DNA from: a virus
Taxonomy: Duplodnaviria > Caudoviricetes
Direction: 5' to 3' (one strand)
IMG/VR virus record: IMGVR_UViG_3300021400_000027
Location: 96,001 to 160,000 of that record
Length of the DNA: 64,000 nt
Part shown: piece after piece, positions 40,459-50,704 of the stretch
Numbering within the stretch: position 1 is the stretch's first letter
Layout of the letters: each line of letters opens with the position of its first letter
Translations under genes and position numbers: made by a program
The notes under the pieces: generated by a model
Seen by the model: only the letters and a program-made list of their open reading frames with translations
Database searches by the model: none
What the model was told of the DNA's origin: nothing

Positions 40459-40806
40459 ATGAGCTTACTTTATAAAATCACCAACCTGAAAACCAAAGAG
40501 GTTATCACTACTACTGATGACCTCTATGGAACAATGGAAGAACTACTTGATGATGAGTTTGTTGAGGACTTCATCAATGAAATCGGCGGTAATCTCTCTA
40601 TCCCTCATTTGGAAGGATATAAAGCCGGCACTATACTTCGTTTTTTAGCAGAAACCGGAGAGTATGAGTTCCAGAATGCTTGGGAGTCGGCTCAAAAGGA
40701 TTATCTGGAAAGCTCTTATGAAGCAGTTCAGGACGGTCTTGATTGGGATAAGTATGCAACTTATGAAAACTATCAAATTACTCCGGTAATAGTAGAGGAG
40801 AGTTAA
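40459..40806 (+). CDS. hypothetical acidic protein
   Basis: Start moved to ATG after GAGGAG. Confidence 0.6.
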   Translation: MSLLYKITNLKTKEVITTTDDLYGTMEELLDDEFVEDFINEIGGNLSIPHLEGYKAGTILRFLAETGEYEFQNAWESAQKDYLESSYEAVQDGLDWDKYATYENYQITPVIVEES

Positions 40807-40819
40807 TCTCCTCATGAAT

Positions 40820-41161
40820 GGGGGCGTACTGGTTTCGACTGGTAATTAAAAATCTTGTAAGCGAGTAGGACGGGTGAAGTCCTTTTAAGCACAACCTTAA
40901 ATATAAACGCAGATTATGCAATTGCTGCCTAAGGCAGTCTTGAATTGAACGTTTAATTCGCACTTAATTAACGTTCCTCTAATTTGTTGTGCCGGCACGG
41001 GTAAATTGATTGAAAGCCTACTGCTGTAATTCTCAATCTGACTTAGAACTTGGGGTGTCAGTGACCTAAAGTTTGAACAACAAGTATTTATACTGACTAC
41101 ACTCGTAGAAAGCAAGGTCGAGGTTATTAGGACAGGAGTTCGATTCTCCTCGCCTCCACCA
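40820..41161 (+). ncRNA. ssrA: tmRNA
   Basis: GGGGGCG...TTCGAC 5' end, GGAGTTCGATTCTCC-TCGCCTCCACCA 3' end, G3-U70; resume context ATAAAC-GCA; tag ADYAIAA-TAA. Confidence 0.92.
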
Positions 41162-41234
41162 ATATAAAAATTTGAAATTAAAGAAAATGTATGTTATAAT
41201 ATATATACAAACTTAAGAAAGGAAGAATTGCTTA

Positions 41235-41603
41235 ATGGGATTAGATATGTATTTGTTTGAACGTAAAACTGGTACTGAGTTAATGTACTGGCGTAAGGCA
41301 AATCAAATTCGGAGATGGTTTGTAGACCACTTAAATGATTTTGACCCCAGCGATAATCTTGGTCAGTATGATGTATCAAGAGAGGTGCTTCAAGACTTAA
41401 TTGATGACATTGATTATGTATTGGAGGACGAATCAATCGAAAGGGCAGAAGAAGTAATGCCTACTGGTTCTGGTTTCTTCTTTGGCAATACCGAGTATGA
41501 CGAATATTACTTTGATAGCCTGAGACATACAAGAGAACAAATCCAAGAGATTCTCGATACTACTTCCGAAGAAGATGAAATTTACTATACGGAATGGTGG
41601 TGA
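41235..41603 (+). CDS. conserved phage protein (MGLDMYL...YWRKANQI family)
   Basis: Recognisable motifs including GFFFG..EYDEYY. Confidence 0.7.
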   Translation: MGLDMYLFERKTGTELMYWRKANQIRRWFVDHLNDFDPSDNLGQYDVSREVLQDLIDDIDYVLEDESIERAEEVMPTGSGFFFGNTEYDEYYFDSLRHTREQIQEILDTTSEEDEIYYTEWW

Positions 41604-41715
41604 TTCTTAAAAATTTGACCTTTTAAAAAAAATCTGATATAATTATTATAGAAAATGAGGGAAAACCTCAAAAATAAATTTTGACCGAGCTACGGCTCAG
41701 AAAAGGAGAAAGCGT

Positions 41716-42135
41716 ATGACTGCTATTACTATGAAGAACTTCATGAACGCACTGGTTACTGGTGAACTCGTAATCAATGTAAAGGACGAGAATGATAAGG
41801 TTTCTACAACTTCCGTTTCTATCTTTGATGAAAACGGCAAGTTAATTCCGGAAATCACTGAGTATGCTATGGCTCAGGTTGAGAAGATTGAGGAGAAGAA
41901 TGGTAAGAGAGGCGATAAGCCTACTGCTCGTCAGATTGAAAATGAGGGTTTAAAAGCAAGTTTGCTTGAAACTCTTGAAGTTGGCAAGGCTTACACCGCA
42001 AAAGCTATCGTTGACCTTGAACTCAACGGAATCTCTTCCACCCAGAAAGCTACTGCTTTGATGAAACAGTTGGTGGCTGACGGCAGGGCTACTGTGGCAG
42101 ACGGTAAGGTTAAGGAATATACAGTAATCGGCTGA
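41716..42135 (+). CDS. putative wHTH DNA-binding protein
   Basis: STQKATALMKQLV C-terminal helix-wing pattern. Confidence 0.5.
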   Translation: MTAITMKNFMNALVTGELVINVKDENDKVSTTSVSIFDENGKLIPEITEYAMAQVEKIEEKNGKRGDKPTARQIENEGLKASLLETLEVGKAYTAKAIVDLELNGISSTQKATALMKQLVADGRATVADGKVKEYTVIG

Positions 42136-42764
42136 GAAAGGAGAAACGCATATGTCAATGTATGATGAATATGGCGACCCGATTGAACTTGACGATTTCT
42201 ATTCCGCAATTGAACAGGCTTTGAGAAAAAATGGCGTTCCAACCGCAAGTGAGTTAATTGAGAAAGGCTCTAAGCCTTTCCCTAAACTCCCTAAAGAGTT
42301 TGATGGCAATGATTATGAAGATATTATTCCTGATGGTGATGTTCCGTTTTAATTGAAAGGGGTGCGAATGATAGACAGAATTGTTCTTATCCGCTATTCA
42401 ACTGACACTGGTGAGCCGGACACTTTTGAAAAAGTAAGGTTTCCGGCAGGAACTGGAGATAGCGAAATCGACCAGTACTGTTATGATGTTGTTTACTATG
42501 AATACGCTAATCAAAGATGGTTCGATTGGACTGATATGGAGGAGAATGCCTAATGGAAAAAGTTATTGTTAAATCTGAAATCATCACTGGCAATGTTAAA
42601 ACCTTTAACCGCTACTTCCATGACTGCAGATTGGCGAGAGCCTTTGCTAAAGAACAGGGTACAAAAGTTATCAAGGTAGAAGATAACAGAATCGCCGCTG
42701 CTAAAGGTAAGTATCTGGTTCAATATCAGAAAGTTGTAAAATCTTGACGGCTTAAGTCGTCTTT

Positions 42765-42838
42765 CGCCCCATCGTCTACGTTAGTTAGGACACGTCCCTC
42801 TCAAGGACGAAAAACCGGAGCATCGCCGGTTGGGGTGA
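42765..42838 (+). tRNA. tRNA-Glu(CTC), atypical T loop
   Basis: CGTCC-ctCTCaa-GGACG; T loop AGCATCG. Confidence 0.8.
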
Positions 42839-42840
42839 TA

Positions 42841-43285
42841 GTCCTAAGAATGACGTTAAAAGTCTTAGAGAATGATTGCACGCTCTTTACTTAAAGGTTG
42901 CCGGAAGTCCCGAGAGAAACTCCTCTATGGCTCGTGGTTAAGAAAAGCCAAATAGTCGCCGGTTTATTCTAACGAATAAATGCCACTATTTTAATGACAT
43001 AATTTGCAAACGAGTTTCCCTCTTGGCACTCGGTGAAGAAAAGTTTGAGGGCGACACCAGATAGTCGTTAAAGATTATGGGGAGGTTGGTCTAGTTTTAC
43101 TCCTAAATCCAAATTAGCGGAACTTATTGCCACAGGATAGGCGGCATTAAGCTGGTGTCGAGAGAGAAACAGCTGGGTGTGTCTATGTCCTTATCATTGA
43201 CAGCTTAGAACTTACTAAGTGAATTAAAGGCGTTGTGCCGGCAACGATAGAAATTAAGACAACAGCTGGTCTTAGTTTTCCGGTT
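42841..43285 (+). ncRNA. candidate large structured ncRNA between two tRNAs
   Basis: ORF-free; CGACACCAG/CTGGTGTCG and other helices. Confidence 0.55.
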
Positions 43286-43290
43286 AATAT

Positions 43291-43365
43291 GCGGTGGTCG
43301 TTCAATTGGTAGGACAGTAGGCTCCAACCCTACTTATCAGCGTTCAAGTCGTTGCCATCGTGCCA
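43291..43365 (+). tRNA. tRNA-Trp(CCA)
   Basis: GTAGG-ctCCAac-CCTAC; GCCA end. Confidence 0.9.
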
Positions 43366-43646
43366 AAGACATCTATACCTCACTTTCTAAAACACATTCC
43401 AATTTTGGAGTGTGTTTTCTTTTTATCAGTTGCTATGGCGTCCCGCCCGGACTCATTTTTTTAAATTATTTTTCTATAAATTTATTTTACATTGCTCCGC
43501 CGCACCAGTTGATTTAGTCCGGACCAGAGCAAGCGTGGCGGCGAAGTAACATCTTTAAGCAAGGTAGGATTCTATAAATAATTTGAAAGATTTTAAAAAA
43601 AATGTTATAATTATTATAGAAAATATGAAAGAGAGGAAAAAATTTA

Positions 43647-44411
43647 ATGGATAGAACTACAATCGGCAATAGAATGAAAGGCTATGAAGCCATTTCTAAA
43701 AATTTCTTAATGAGAAGAACACCTGCTATCGTACGCATTGATGGAAAGAGCTTCCACACCTTTACTCGTGGCTTTGATAAACCGTTTGATGAAGATTTTA
43801 TGACCGCCATGCAAGAAACCATGAAGTACCTTTGTGAAAATATTCAGGGTTGTGTTCTCGGTTACACTCAGTCTGATGAAATTACCTTAGTTCTTTGTGA
43901 TTACCAGACTCTTGAAACAGACGCTTGGTTCGGCTATAATGTTCAGAAGATGGTTTCTGTTTCTGCTTCAATGGCTACTTTTGCTTTTACTTCTGCTTTC
44001 AGTAAAATTTTAAGAGAAATGTGGGCTTCCAACGATATTTCTTTCGAAGGTAGAATTCAAATGATTGGAGAAAAACTTGAAAAAGGCGTTTTCTTCGATT
44101 CTCGTGCATTTTCTCTGTCTAAAGAAGAAGTTTGTAATTGCTTAATTTGGCGACAGCAGGATGCAACAAGAAACTCCATTCAGGCAGCTGGTCATGCATA
44201 TTTCTCTCAAAAAGAACTCCACGGCTTAAATTGCAGTCAAATTCAAGAGAAATTGTTTTCTGAAGCCGGCATTAACTGGAATGACTACTCTGTGCCGGAA
44301 AAGAGAGGCTCTTGCTGTATCAAAGAAGATGGTAAGTGGGTTCTTGATTACAACATTCCTATCTTTTCTCAGGACAGAAGCTACGTGAACTCTAGAATTA
44401 CGTTTGAATGA
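43647..44411 (+). CDS. Thg1-like (tRNA-His guanylyltransferase family) 3'-5' polymerase
   Basis: RMK.YE, RIDGKSFHTFT, YTQSDEI, FDSR, WRQQDA.RNS, KRG. Confidence 0.92.
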   Translation: MDRTTIGNRMKGYEAISKNFLMRRTPAIVRIDGKSFHTFTRGFDKPFDEDFMTAMQETMKYLCENIQGCVLGYTQSDEITLVLCDYQTLETDAWFGYNVQKMVSVSASMATFAFTSAFSKILREMWASNDISFEGRIQMIGEKLEKGVFFDSRAFSLSKEEVCNCLIWRQQDATRNSIQAAGHAYFSQKELHGLNCSQIQEKLFSEAGINWNDYSVPEKRGSCCIKEDGKWVLDYNIPIFSQDRSYVNSRITFE

Positions 44412-45117
44412 TTACACTCATCTTAATTGCTATAGTTTGTTGTGCCGCCGTCCTTGATTTTATAGCAAACCAAATTCTCCACCTAATTAAAGTCGGATGG
44501 AGAGGGGCGGCACAAGAATTATTTGATGAATTTTTTTGAGGTTGTAGAGGAGGAAAACTGATGGGATTCACTTGGATTATTTCTAATAAGAAAACTGGCG
44601 AAATGAGAACTTTCGAGTGGCATAATGACGGCGTTTTCCAGTCAGATGAGTCAATTGTTGATGAAATTGAAGAATATATCCATCACATGATTTCTTATTG
44701 TACTTATGATGATGGTGATGATAAGTTCTGGAGAGATTTTGAGCGTACAGATTTTGAATATGAGTGGGAAAGAATTTGGAATTAAGGAGAAATGAATGGC
44801 ACTTAAATATAATATGAAAGGCATGGTATTTCAGGTGTGGAAACTGGTAGACAGCATAAAGATGTCGCCTGATGAATATGTGTTCCGGCACTTAGTAGAT
44901 GCGGAAAAGAGAAAGGCGGAGTTGGAGAGATTGACGGGGCAGACCTATAAGATTACTTCAATTCCTTTTATCTCGGAAATTTTGGAGACTGATGAATATG
45001 AGTGGTAAGAAAAAAGTAAAACAGAAATACTAAATAATTTGTCTTTTTAAATAAAATTTGCTATAATAAAGAAAATAAAGAATCAATAATGATTCTAAAT
45101 AAATAGGAGGAGTTTTA

Positions 45118-45711
45118 ATGGAAATGAAAAATGTAATGTCTGGTATGTTTGGTTCGGTCAAGAGTGGTCTCTGCCGCCTTACTGTTGATGGCAATATCGC
45201 TGTAAAGGTTGGTACAGAGTATAAGACCTATAATCCTGTCCAGAAAACTTTCGTCAATTGCGACAGCTTCGTATTCGACATCGGCGATGAAATGTTCTTT
45301 GTTGTTCCTACAAACGCAATCGTTGCCGGCGACATTATTCTGGTTAATAAAGAACCTCGCTACGTATTGGACGTAAAGGACGACATCATTACTGCAATTA
45401 ACTACAAAAGTGGTACAATTGAAAACATCATGCCGGAACGCCATATGTTTATGGGAAGCACTTACTTTTATGGCAAAATTGTTTCTTTGTTTGGTAATAT
45501 GGGCGGTATCGGTGGCGATGGTGCAAATAACGTCCTTAAATACATGATGATGAGTCAGATGATGAAGGGTATGAATGGCGGCGAAACATCTGGTATGAAT
45601 CCTATGATGCTTATGATGATGATGAATGGTGGAGGTTTCGGTAAAATGTTCGATGGACTCTTTACTGCAACTGCTCCTGACCTTCCGGCAACTAAAGGAG
45701 GTGAATCCTAA
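45118..45711 (+). CDS. hypothetical protein with Met/Gly-rich tail
   Basis: First gene of a three-gene operon; MNPMMLMMMM. Confidence 0.7.
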   Translation: MEMKNVMSGMFGSVKSGLCRLTVDGNIAVKVGTEYKTYNPVQKTFVNCDSFVFDIGDEMFFVVPTNAIVAGDIILVNKEPRYVLDVKDDIITAINYKSGTIENIMPERHMFMGSTYFYGKIVSLFGNMGGIGGDGANNVLKYMMMSQMMKGMNGGETSGMNPMMLMMMMNGGGFGKMFDGLFTATAPDLPATKGGES

Positions 45712-46583
45712 TGGGTGCAGGTAGCTGGTCTGAAAAAGATTTTGTATCATATTCTTGTTCTGTTGGACGTTCTGTATTTGATGATGGTGTTGTCGATTTA
45801 AAGACAAATTCTGTCTACCAAAATTTTAAGCAAAGTTATCTTTCTGAAAAACTTAATCCTTATAAGGTAATAAGAGAATGTCGTGATAGTGAGGAACACC
45901 CTGAAACAATTCCGGTAATCCTTGCTCTTGACGTGACTGGTTCTATGGGACATGAAGCTAATGAGGTTGCGGCAGAACTCAACACAATTATGACTGCTCT
46001 TTATGAGCAAGTTAAAGATGTCGAGTTTATGATTATGGCAATTGGCGATTTCACTTATGATAGAAGTCCTCTCCAAGTTTCTCAGTTCGAGTCTGATGTA
46101 AGAATTGCTGAACAACTTGACCAAGTGTACTTTGAAGGTGGCGGCGGACCGAATAACTGGGAATCCTACACCAGTGCATGGTTATTTGGTGCAACTCAAA
46201 CTGACCTTGACTGTTGGAAGAGGGGTAAGCGTGGCATCATCATTACAATGGGTGATGAGGAACTTAATCCGTGGATTGATGTTGAGGAATATGTGAAAGC
46301 AACTGGTTATACTCCTCAATCTAAAAAAGATTTAAACACAGATGATGTTTGGGAAATGGTGGCTGATAAGTATCAGCTTTTCCACATCAACATTGAGCAT
46401 GGTTTCAGAAGTCCAAACTTGAATAGTTGGAAAAAGCGTCTGGGACTTAACAACGTTTTCTCTTGTAAAACTAAAGACCTTGCTCAAATTATTCCTAAAA
46501 TAATTGTTTCTGCCGCCGGCGACAACGATGAGGTTGAAGTCGAATCGGCAGTAGAAGAAAATCCAAATGAAATTTCTTGGTAA
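45711..46583 (+). CDS. vWA domain protein
   Basis: LDVTGSMG, EGGGG.N..ESY, MGDE. Confidence 0.85.
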   Translation: MGAGSWSEKDFVSYSCSVGRSVFDDGVVDLKTNSVYQNFKQSYLSEKLNPYKVIRECRDSEEHPETIPVILALDVTGSMGHEANEVAAELNTIMTALYEQVKDVEFMIMAIGDFTYDRSPLQVSQFESDVRIAEQLDQVYFEGGGGPNNWESYTSAWLFGATQTDLDCWKRGKRGIIITMGDEELNPWIDVEEYVKATGYTPQSKKDLNTDDVWEMVADKYQLFHINIEHGFRSPNLNSWKKRLGLNNVFSCKTKDLAQIIPKIIVSAAGDNDEVEVESAVEENPNEISW

Positions 46584-46595
46584 AGGAGAATATAA

Positions 46596-47753
46596 ATGGC
46601 GAAAATAAAAATTGTATCTGGACTTAACTATGGTGATGAGTCCAAAGGCTTGGTAGCCAATGCAATTTCTACTTCAAATTGTCTGAATGTGTTGCCCTCA
46701 AATTCCTGTCAGAGGGCACACACCGTAGTAGAGAATGGGGTAAGGAGAGTATTTCGCCACTTTGGTAGCGGTACTCTTAAGGGTGCCGCTACTTATTTTT
46801 CTGGCGATTTTATTGTGAATCCGGCAATGTTTCGGCAGGAATACATGGAGCTGGTTAAGACGGGGGTTACTCCAACTGTCTACTGTAATACAAAGGTAAG
46901 AATTGCTACGGTTGTCGATATGTATGCCAATTGTTATTTGGAACGGTTAAGAGGAAATCATTCTTTCTCCTCAACTGGCTGCGGCGTTTATGAAACAATT
47001 ATGAGAGATAAGTATATGGAAGAAGAAAAGCCCATTTACATTCTTTCTGATATAATTGAATATTATAAACATCGGTTGGCGGCAAACAATAATGGGGTTT
47101 TAGATGATGAGGTTAAAGATTTTCTTGAAGGGAAAGCTCTTAAACAGAATCATGATGATGACCTTTCTTTCTTCTACAGTCATTGTATTCCGATTTCAAC
47201 TGACGAGGAAGAAAAAGAACTATTCCACTCTTACCCTTTAATTGTTTTTGAAAATGGGCAAGGACTACTTCTTACAGATGAATACTGTATAGATTCTGCT
47301 CACAATACGCCGGCATCGGTAGGTTTGCTTCATCCTAAAAATCTCATTTTCAAGAACTTTGATGATGTAGAAAAGGAATGTCAGATTGAGAATTATTACG
47401 TATCCAGAACTTATCTGACAAGACATGGTAAAGGACAAATTGGAATGAGTGGAGATTGTGAGTGCGGTAAAGAAGATATTAATCCAAATATGGTTGATAA
47501 GACAAATGTTCCAAATCCAAATCAAGGTGTTTTACGCTATGGAAAGTTTTCTGCGGAAGAAGCGGAATTAGCGATGGAAAGAATTGAAGAAGATACGGGA
47601 CGGCATTTGGCTCTAATATCACAATCTAATTTAGTCATTACTCATACTAATGAGTATAATGACGGCGAATTAGAGAGGGCGGCAGAGAAGTTTAGAATTA
47701 GAACCTTTTTGTCTGATAACGAGACTTCATTTAAATTAAAGGAGAAATTTTAA
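46596..47753 (+). CDS. divergent adenylosuccinate synthetase-like protein
   Basis: GLNYGDESKG, AHTV, STGCG, FENGQGLLL, RTYLTRHG, TN. Confidence 0.8.
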   Translation: MAKIKIVSGLNYGDESKGLVANAISTSNCLNVLPSNSCQRAHTVVENGVRRVFRHFGSGTLKGAATYFSGDFIVNPAMFRQEYMELVKTGVTPTVYCNTKVRIATVVDMYANCYLERLRGNHSFSSTGCGVYETIMRDKYMEEEKPIYILSDIIEYYKHRLAANNNGVLDDEVKDFLEGKALKQNHDDDLSFFYSHCIPISTDEEEKELFHSYPLIVFENGQGLLLTDEYCIDSAHNTPASVGLLHPKNLIFKNFDDVEKECQIENYYVSRTYLTRHGKGQIGMSGDCECGKEDINPNMVDKTNVPNPNQGVLRYGKFSAEEAELAMERIEEDTGRHLALISQSNLVITHTNEYNDGELERAAEKFRIRTFLSDNETSFKLKEKF

Positions 47754-47882
47754 TGGAATCAGTTGACTAAAATTATCGCTTTATTTATAAGTAATTTGAA
47801 AATTTCTTAAAAAAATGTTATAATATTTATAGAAATTGAAAAAAGAAATTAAAAATTAAATCGGTAGAGAGGAGAATGTCTA

Positions 47883-48197
47883 ATGGAAATTAAGTTCGTA
47901 AACTATACTGGTAGTTATCCGAATCTTTGTAGCGGAGTTCTTACACTTCTTGTTAATGGGAAGGAAATGACGTTCGGTCCGGAGTGGGAAGGAGCAGAGT
48001 TTCCAAAATTCTGGGCTTCTGGTGGAAGTTGTGGTTTCGCCGGCAACAACTGGACAGACGAATACGTTAATACTGGCAGATGGGTTTGGAGTATATTTGA
48101 TGCAGATAAGCTGAAAGAATTTCTTCCTTATAAATATGAGTTAATGGAAATTTTCAATTTGAATGTGCCGTTCGGTTGCTGCGGCGGCTGTTTATAA
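47883..48197 (+). CDS. conserved phage protein ending GCCGGC
   Basis: YTGSYPNLCSG...GCCGGCL. Confidence 0.65.
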   Translation: MEIKFVNYTGSYPNLCSGVLTLLVNGKEMTFGPEWEGAEFPKFWASGGSCGFAGNNWTDEYVNTGRWVWSIFDADKLKEFLPYKYELMEIFNLNVPFGCCGGCL

Positions 48198-49264
48198 GGA
48201 GGAGTAAAATGACTTTAGGAGAACTTAAAGCAAAAATTGATAATTATTTAAATAATGGGGTTGATAAAAATACCCCTATTATTTTAGATGTGCTTAATGT
48301 TGAAACGGACAGGTTTGAAACATATAGTATTGACATTTACCGAGGTAATAATCAAATAGTTATTGAAAAAGACGACCTTGTAAGTAATTGAAAGGAGCGA
48401 TTAAATGGAAGATTTAGAAACTATAGACCGCGTCTATGTTCTCTTAGTTCGTGACTTCTATGATAGGGAATATCATATTGAAGGAGTATACAGAAAAAAG
48501 AAAGATGCTCAGGCGGCAGCAGAGTCCTATGAGGGACAAGAGCTGGAAATTAGGGAAGAATATGTGTTTTAAAGGAGTGAGATAATGGAACATATATGGA
48601 TTGCATATCGTAGATTAGAGCCACGAGACTCAATAATCGGCTGGGCTTATTCTGCCGCTGATGCTTACCAAAAAGTAAGGAAAATTATTAAAGCAGATAA
48701 GCCAGAAGAATTAAACGAATTTGACCAGTCTTTTCGCCTTAGTTCTGAAATTTTTTGTAGTGAGTCTTATGGCGTGAGAGAAGAAATTAACTACTTAGAA
48801 AAATTCTAAAGGAGAATTTAAATGGAAGTTTGGTTTTGTTTAGATAGTTATGATGATTATCGTTTCGCCAGTTCTTCAACGAAAGCCTTAGATATTTTAA
48901 AGGAAATGTTTAAAGAAGATAACGCTTATACTCCAGAAATTGAGAAGGAGCTTTTAAAGTCCTTTTTTGAAGACCAAAATGAATTTGGGGTCGTTGGCTG
49001 GGGCTTTGCAAAGAAAGTTGAGGTTGAGTAATGGAGAATGTTTACTTACTTTACGGTACGCCGGCAGAAGCACCTTGGGAAGAAACTTTAATCGCCATTT
49101 ATGGAGATATGGAAACGGCACAATATGAGTTGGAGCAGTTCCGTAAGGACAAAAACTGGACTGCTCTTTCAATCCAATGTTGGCAAGTAAGAAAGAAAGC
49201 TCGATTTGATTGGACACCAGTTCCAACTCCCTATTCATTTAGGGAATCTTAAGGAGGGGTACTA

Positions 49265-49600
49265 ATGGATTTTGATAAACGCTATGTTCTTTTCCAGTTT
49301 AATGCTTGTCTTGATGACAAGGAATTTGAGGAAATCAGAGCAATTCGCTTTAAATACAATACTGATTGTATTGATATTGTAAAGGAAGTTAAATCCTATG
49401 CTGATTTTCTTTGTGATGAATGGACAGATAAGGCTTGGAAAGCTGTAAGACCAGACCTTGAAGATTTGGGAGCAGACGAACTTTATGACGTGCTGAAAAA
49501 GTTCTATATTAACTGCCATTTCTGCTATGAAGTTATTACAAAAGAAGATTATAAGGATTGGAAAGAAGAAGGTAAATCTTCTAAACTTACCTACGTGTGA
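49265..49600 (+). CDS. hypothetical protein
   Basis: RBS AAGGAGG. Confidence 0.55.
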   Translation: MDFDKRYVLFQFNACLDDKEFEEIRAIRFKYNTDCIDIVKEVKSYADFLCDEWTDKAWKAVRPDLEDLGADELYDVLKKFYINCHFCYEVITKEDYKDWKEEGKSSKLTYV

Positions 49601-49614
49601 AAGGAACAAAATTA

Positions 49615-49956
49615 ATGGGATATTGTACAAATTATGTGATTGAAGTAAGTAGCAAAAACAAAGAACAACTTATGGGAGTTGTTAAAGCCTTTAACGAGGA
49701 AATCGGATTTCCAATTTTTGATGAAGCGGTTATCGAACTTGATGGCGAGTATTCCAGTTCTATAGAGTGGGAATCAAAGTGGTACTCAACAGACGCAATA
49801 ATTAAAATTGCGGCTAGGTATCCGGAAGTGACGATTGTGGTTGAAGGCATTGGCGAGGAAAAAGAAGATTGGTGGGCTATGAAACTTAAAGGTAGGAACT
49901 ATAAGAAAGCTGTTGCTGAAATTCGTAGTCCTTGGGAAGTAATGGAAGATTTCTAA
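49615..49956 (+). CDS. hypothetical phage protein
   Basis: MGY.T...KWY...YP.....EG.GEE..D.W. Confidence 0.6.
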   Translation: MGYCTNYVIEVSSKNKEQLMGVVKAFNEEIGFPIFDEAVIELDGEYSSSIEWESKWYSTDAIIKIAARYPEVTIVVEGIGEEKEDWWAMKLKGRNYKKAVAEIRSPWEVMEDF

Positions 49957-50264
49957 TTTTGTTGTGCCGGCACGCATAATTTGATGGAGTTCGAACTACA
50001 TCAAGTTTGTGCCGGCGGCGTAAGGTAAAAGGAGGAATAGTAAAATGAGCAAAGATTTAATTCTAAGTTTGGTAGTAAGAAAATTTAACGATAGCGAAAT
50101 GCTAATGGACGAAATTGAAAAGTTACTTGGCTATGTACCTAAGTCAATTTAGGACAGCGAGTTAAATGGAATTTTAACCCTAATTGAGGAACTTCAACCG
50201 GAGTTTGATGGAGACCTAAAGGAAGAAATTTTTAAGACAACTACTTGAAAGGAGAAAGCTGATA

Positions 50265-50639
50265 ATGATAATTTTAGCTATTTTAATTTTAATTTGTGTC
50301 TTATCTGCTTTAATAGCAGAAAAGAAAGAAAGTATAACGGCTTTGATGGTTTTTCTCTTGTCTTTAGTTCTTGGAATATTAAATCTTGTTGGTTTAATAA
50401 TTACCACAATGCCTGTTTTTGAATTGCGAGAAAAAATTGAGTTAGAAGAAACCTATACTACTCTTGATTACATGTTAAAATCTGACAAAAATAATTGTAT
50501 AGTTCTTTCAAAAGAAATTAGTGAATATAATGCTTCTGTTAAACAAGGAAGAGAATTATTAAATAATTTTTGGCTTAAGGATTATCAGCATAAGTTTTGG
50601 AATGATATGCCCTTAATAGAGTTAGAGGATTACGAATAA
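50265..50639 (+). CDS. membrane protein
   Basis: Two TM segments. Confidence 0.55.
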   Translation: MIILAILILICVLSALIAEKKESITALMVFLLSLVLGILNLVGLIITTMPVFELREKIELEETYTTLDYMLKSDKNNCIVLSKEISEYNASVKQGRELLNNFWLKDYQHKFWNDMPLIELEDYE

Positions 50640-50704
50640 AAAGTTTTACTTTTTTAAAAAAAAATGCTATAATTTTTATAGAAAAAGAAAAAAGGAGAAC
50701 TAAT

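Noticed and set aside
43254-43275. Fourteenth CAGCA-stem element (TAAGAC-AACAGCTG-GTCTTA)
   Set aside because: It has CAGCT instead of CAGCA and no cargo. It is more likely a hairpin of the surrounding ncRNA, though a covariance model search should retest it.
46596-47753. PurZ / 2-aminoadenine (Z) genome pathway
   Set aside because: The protein keeps Asp in GDESKG as PurA does (PurZ has Ser there), and no dATPase or MazZ-like partner is adjacent.
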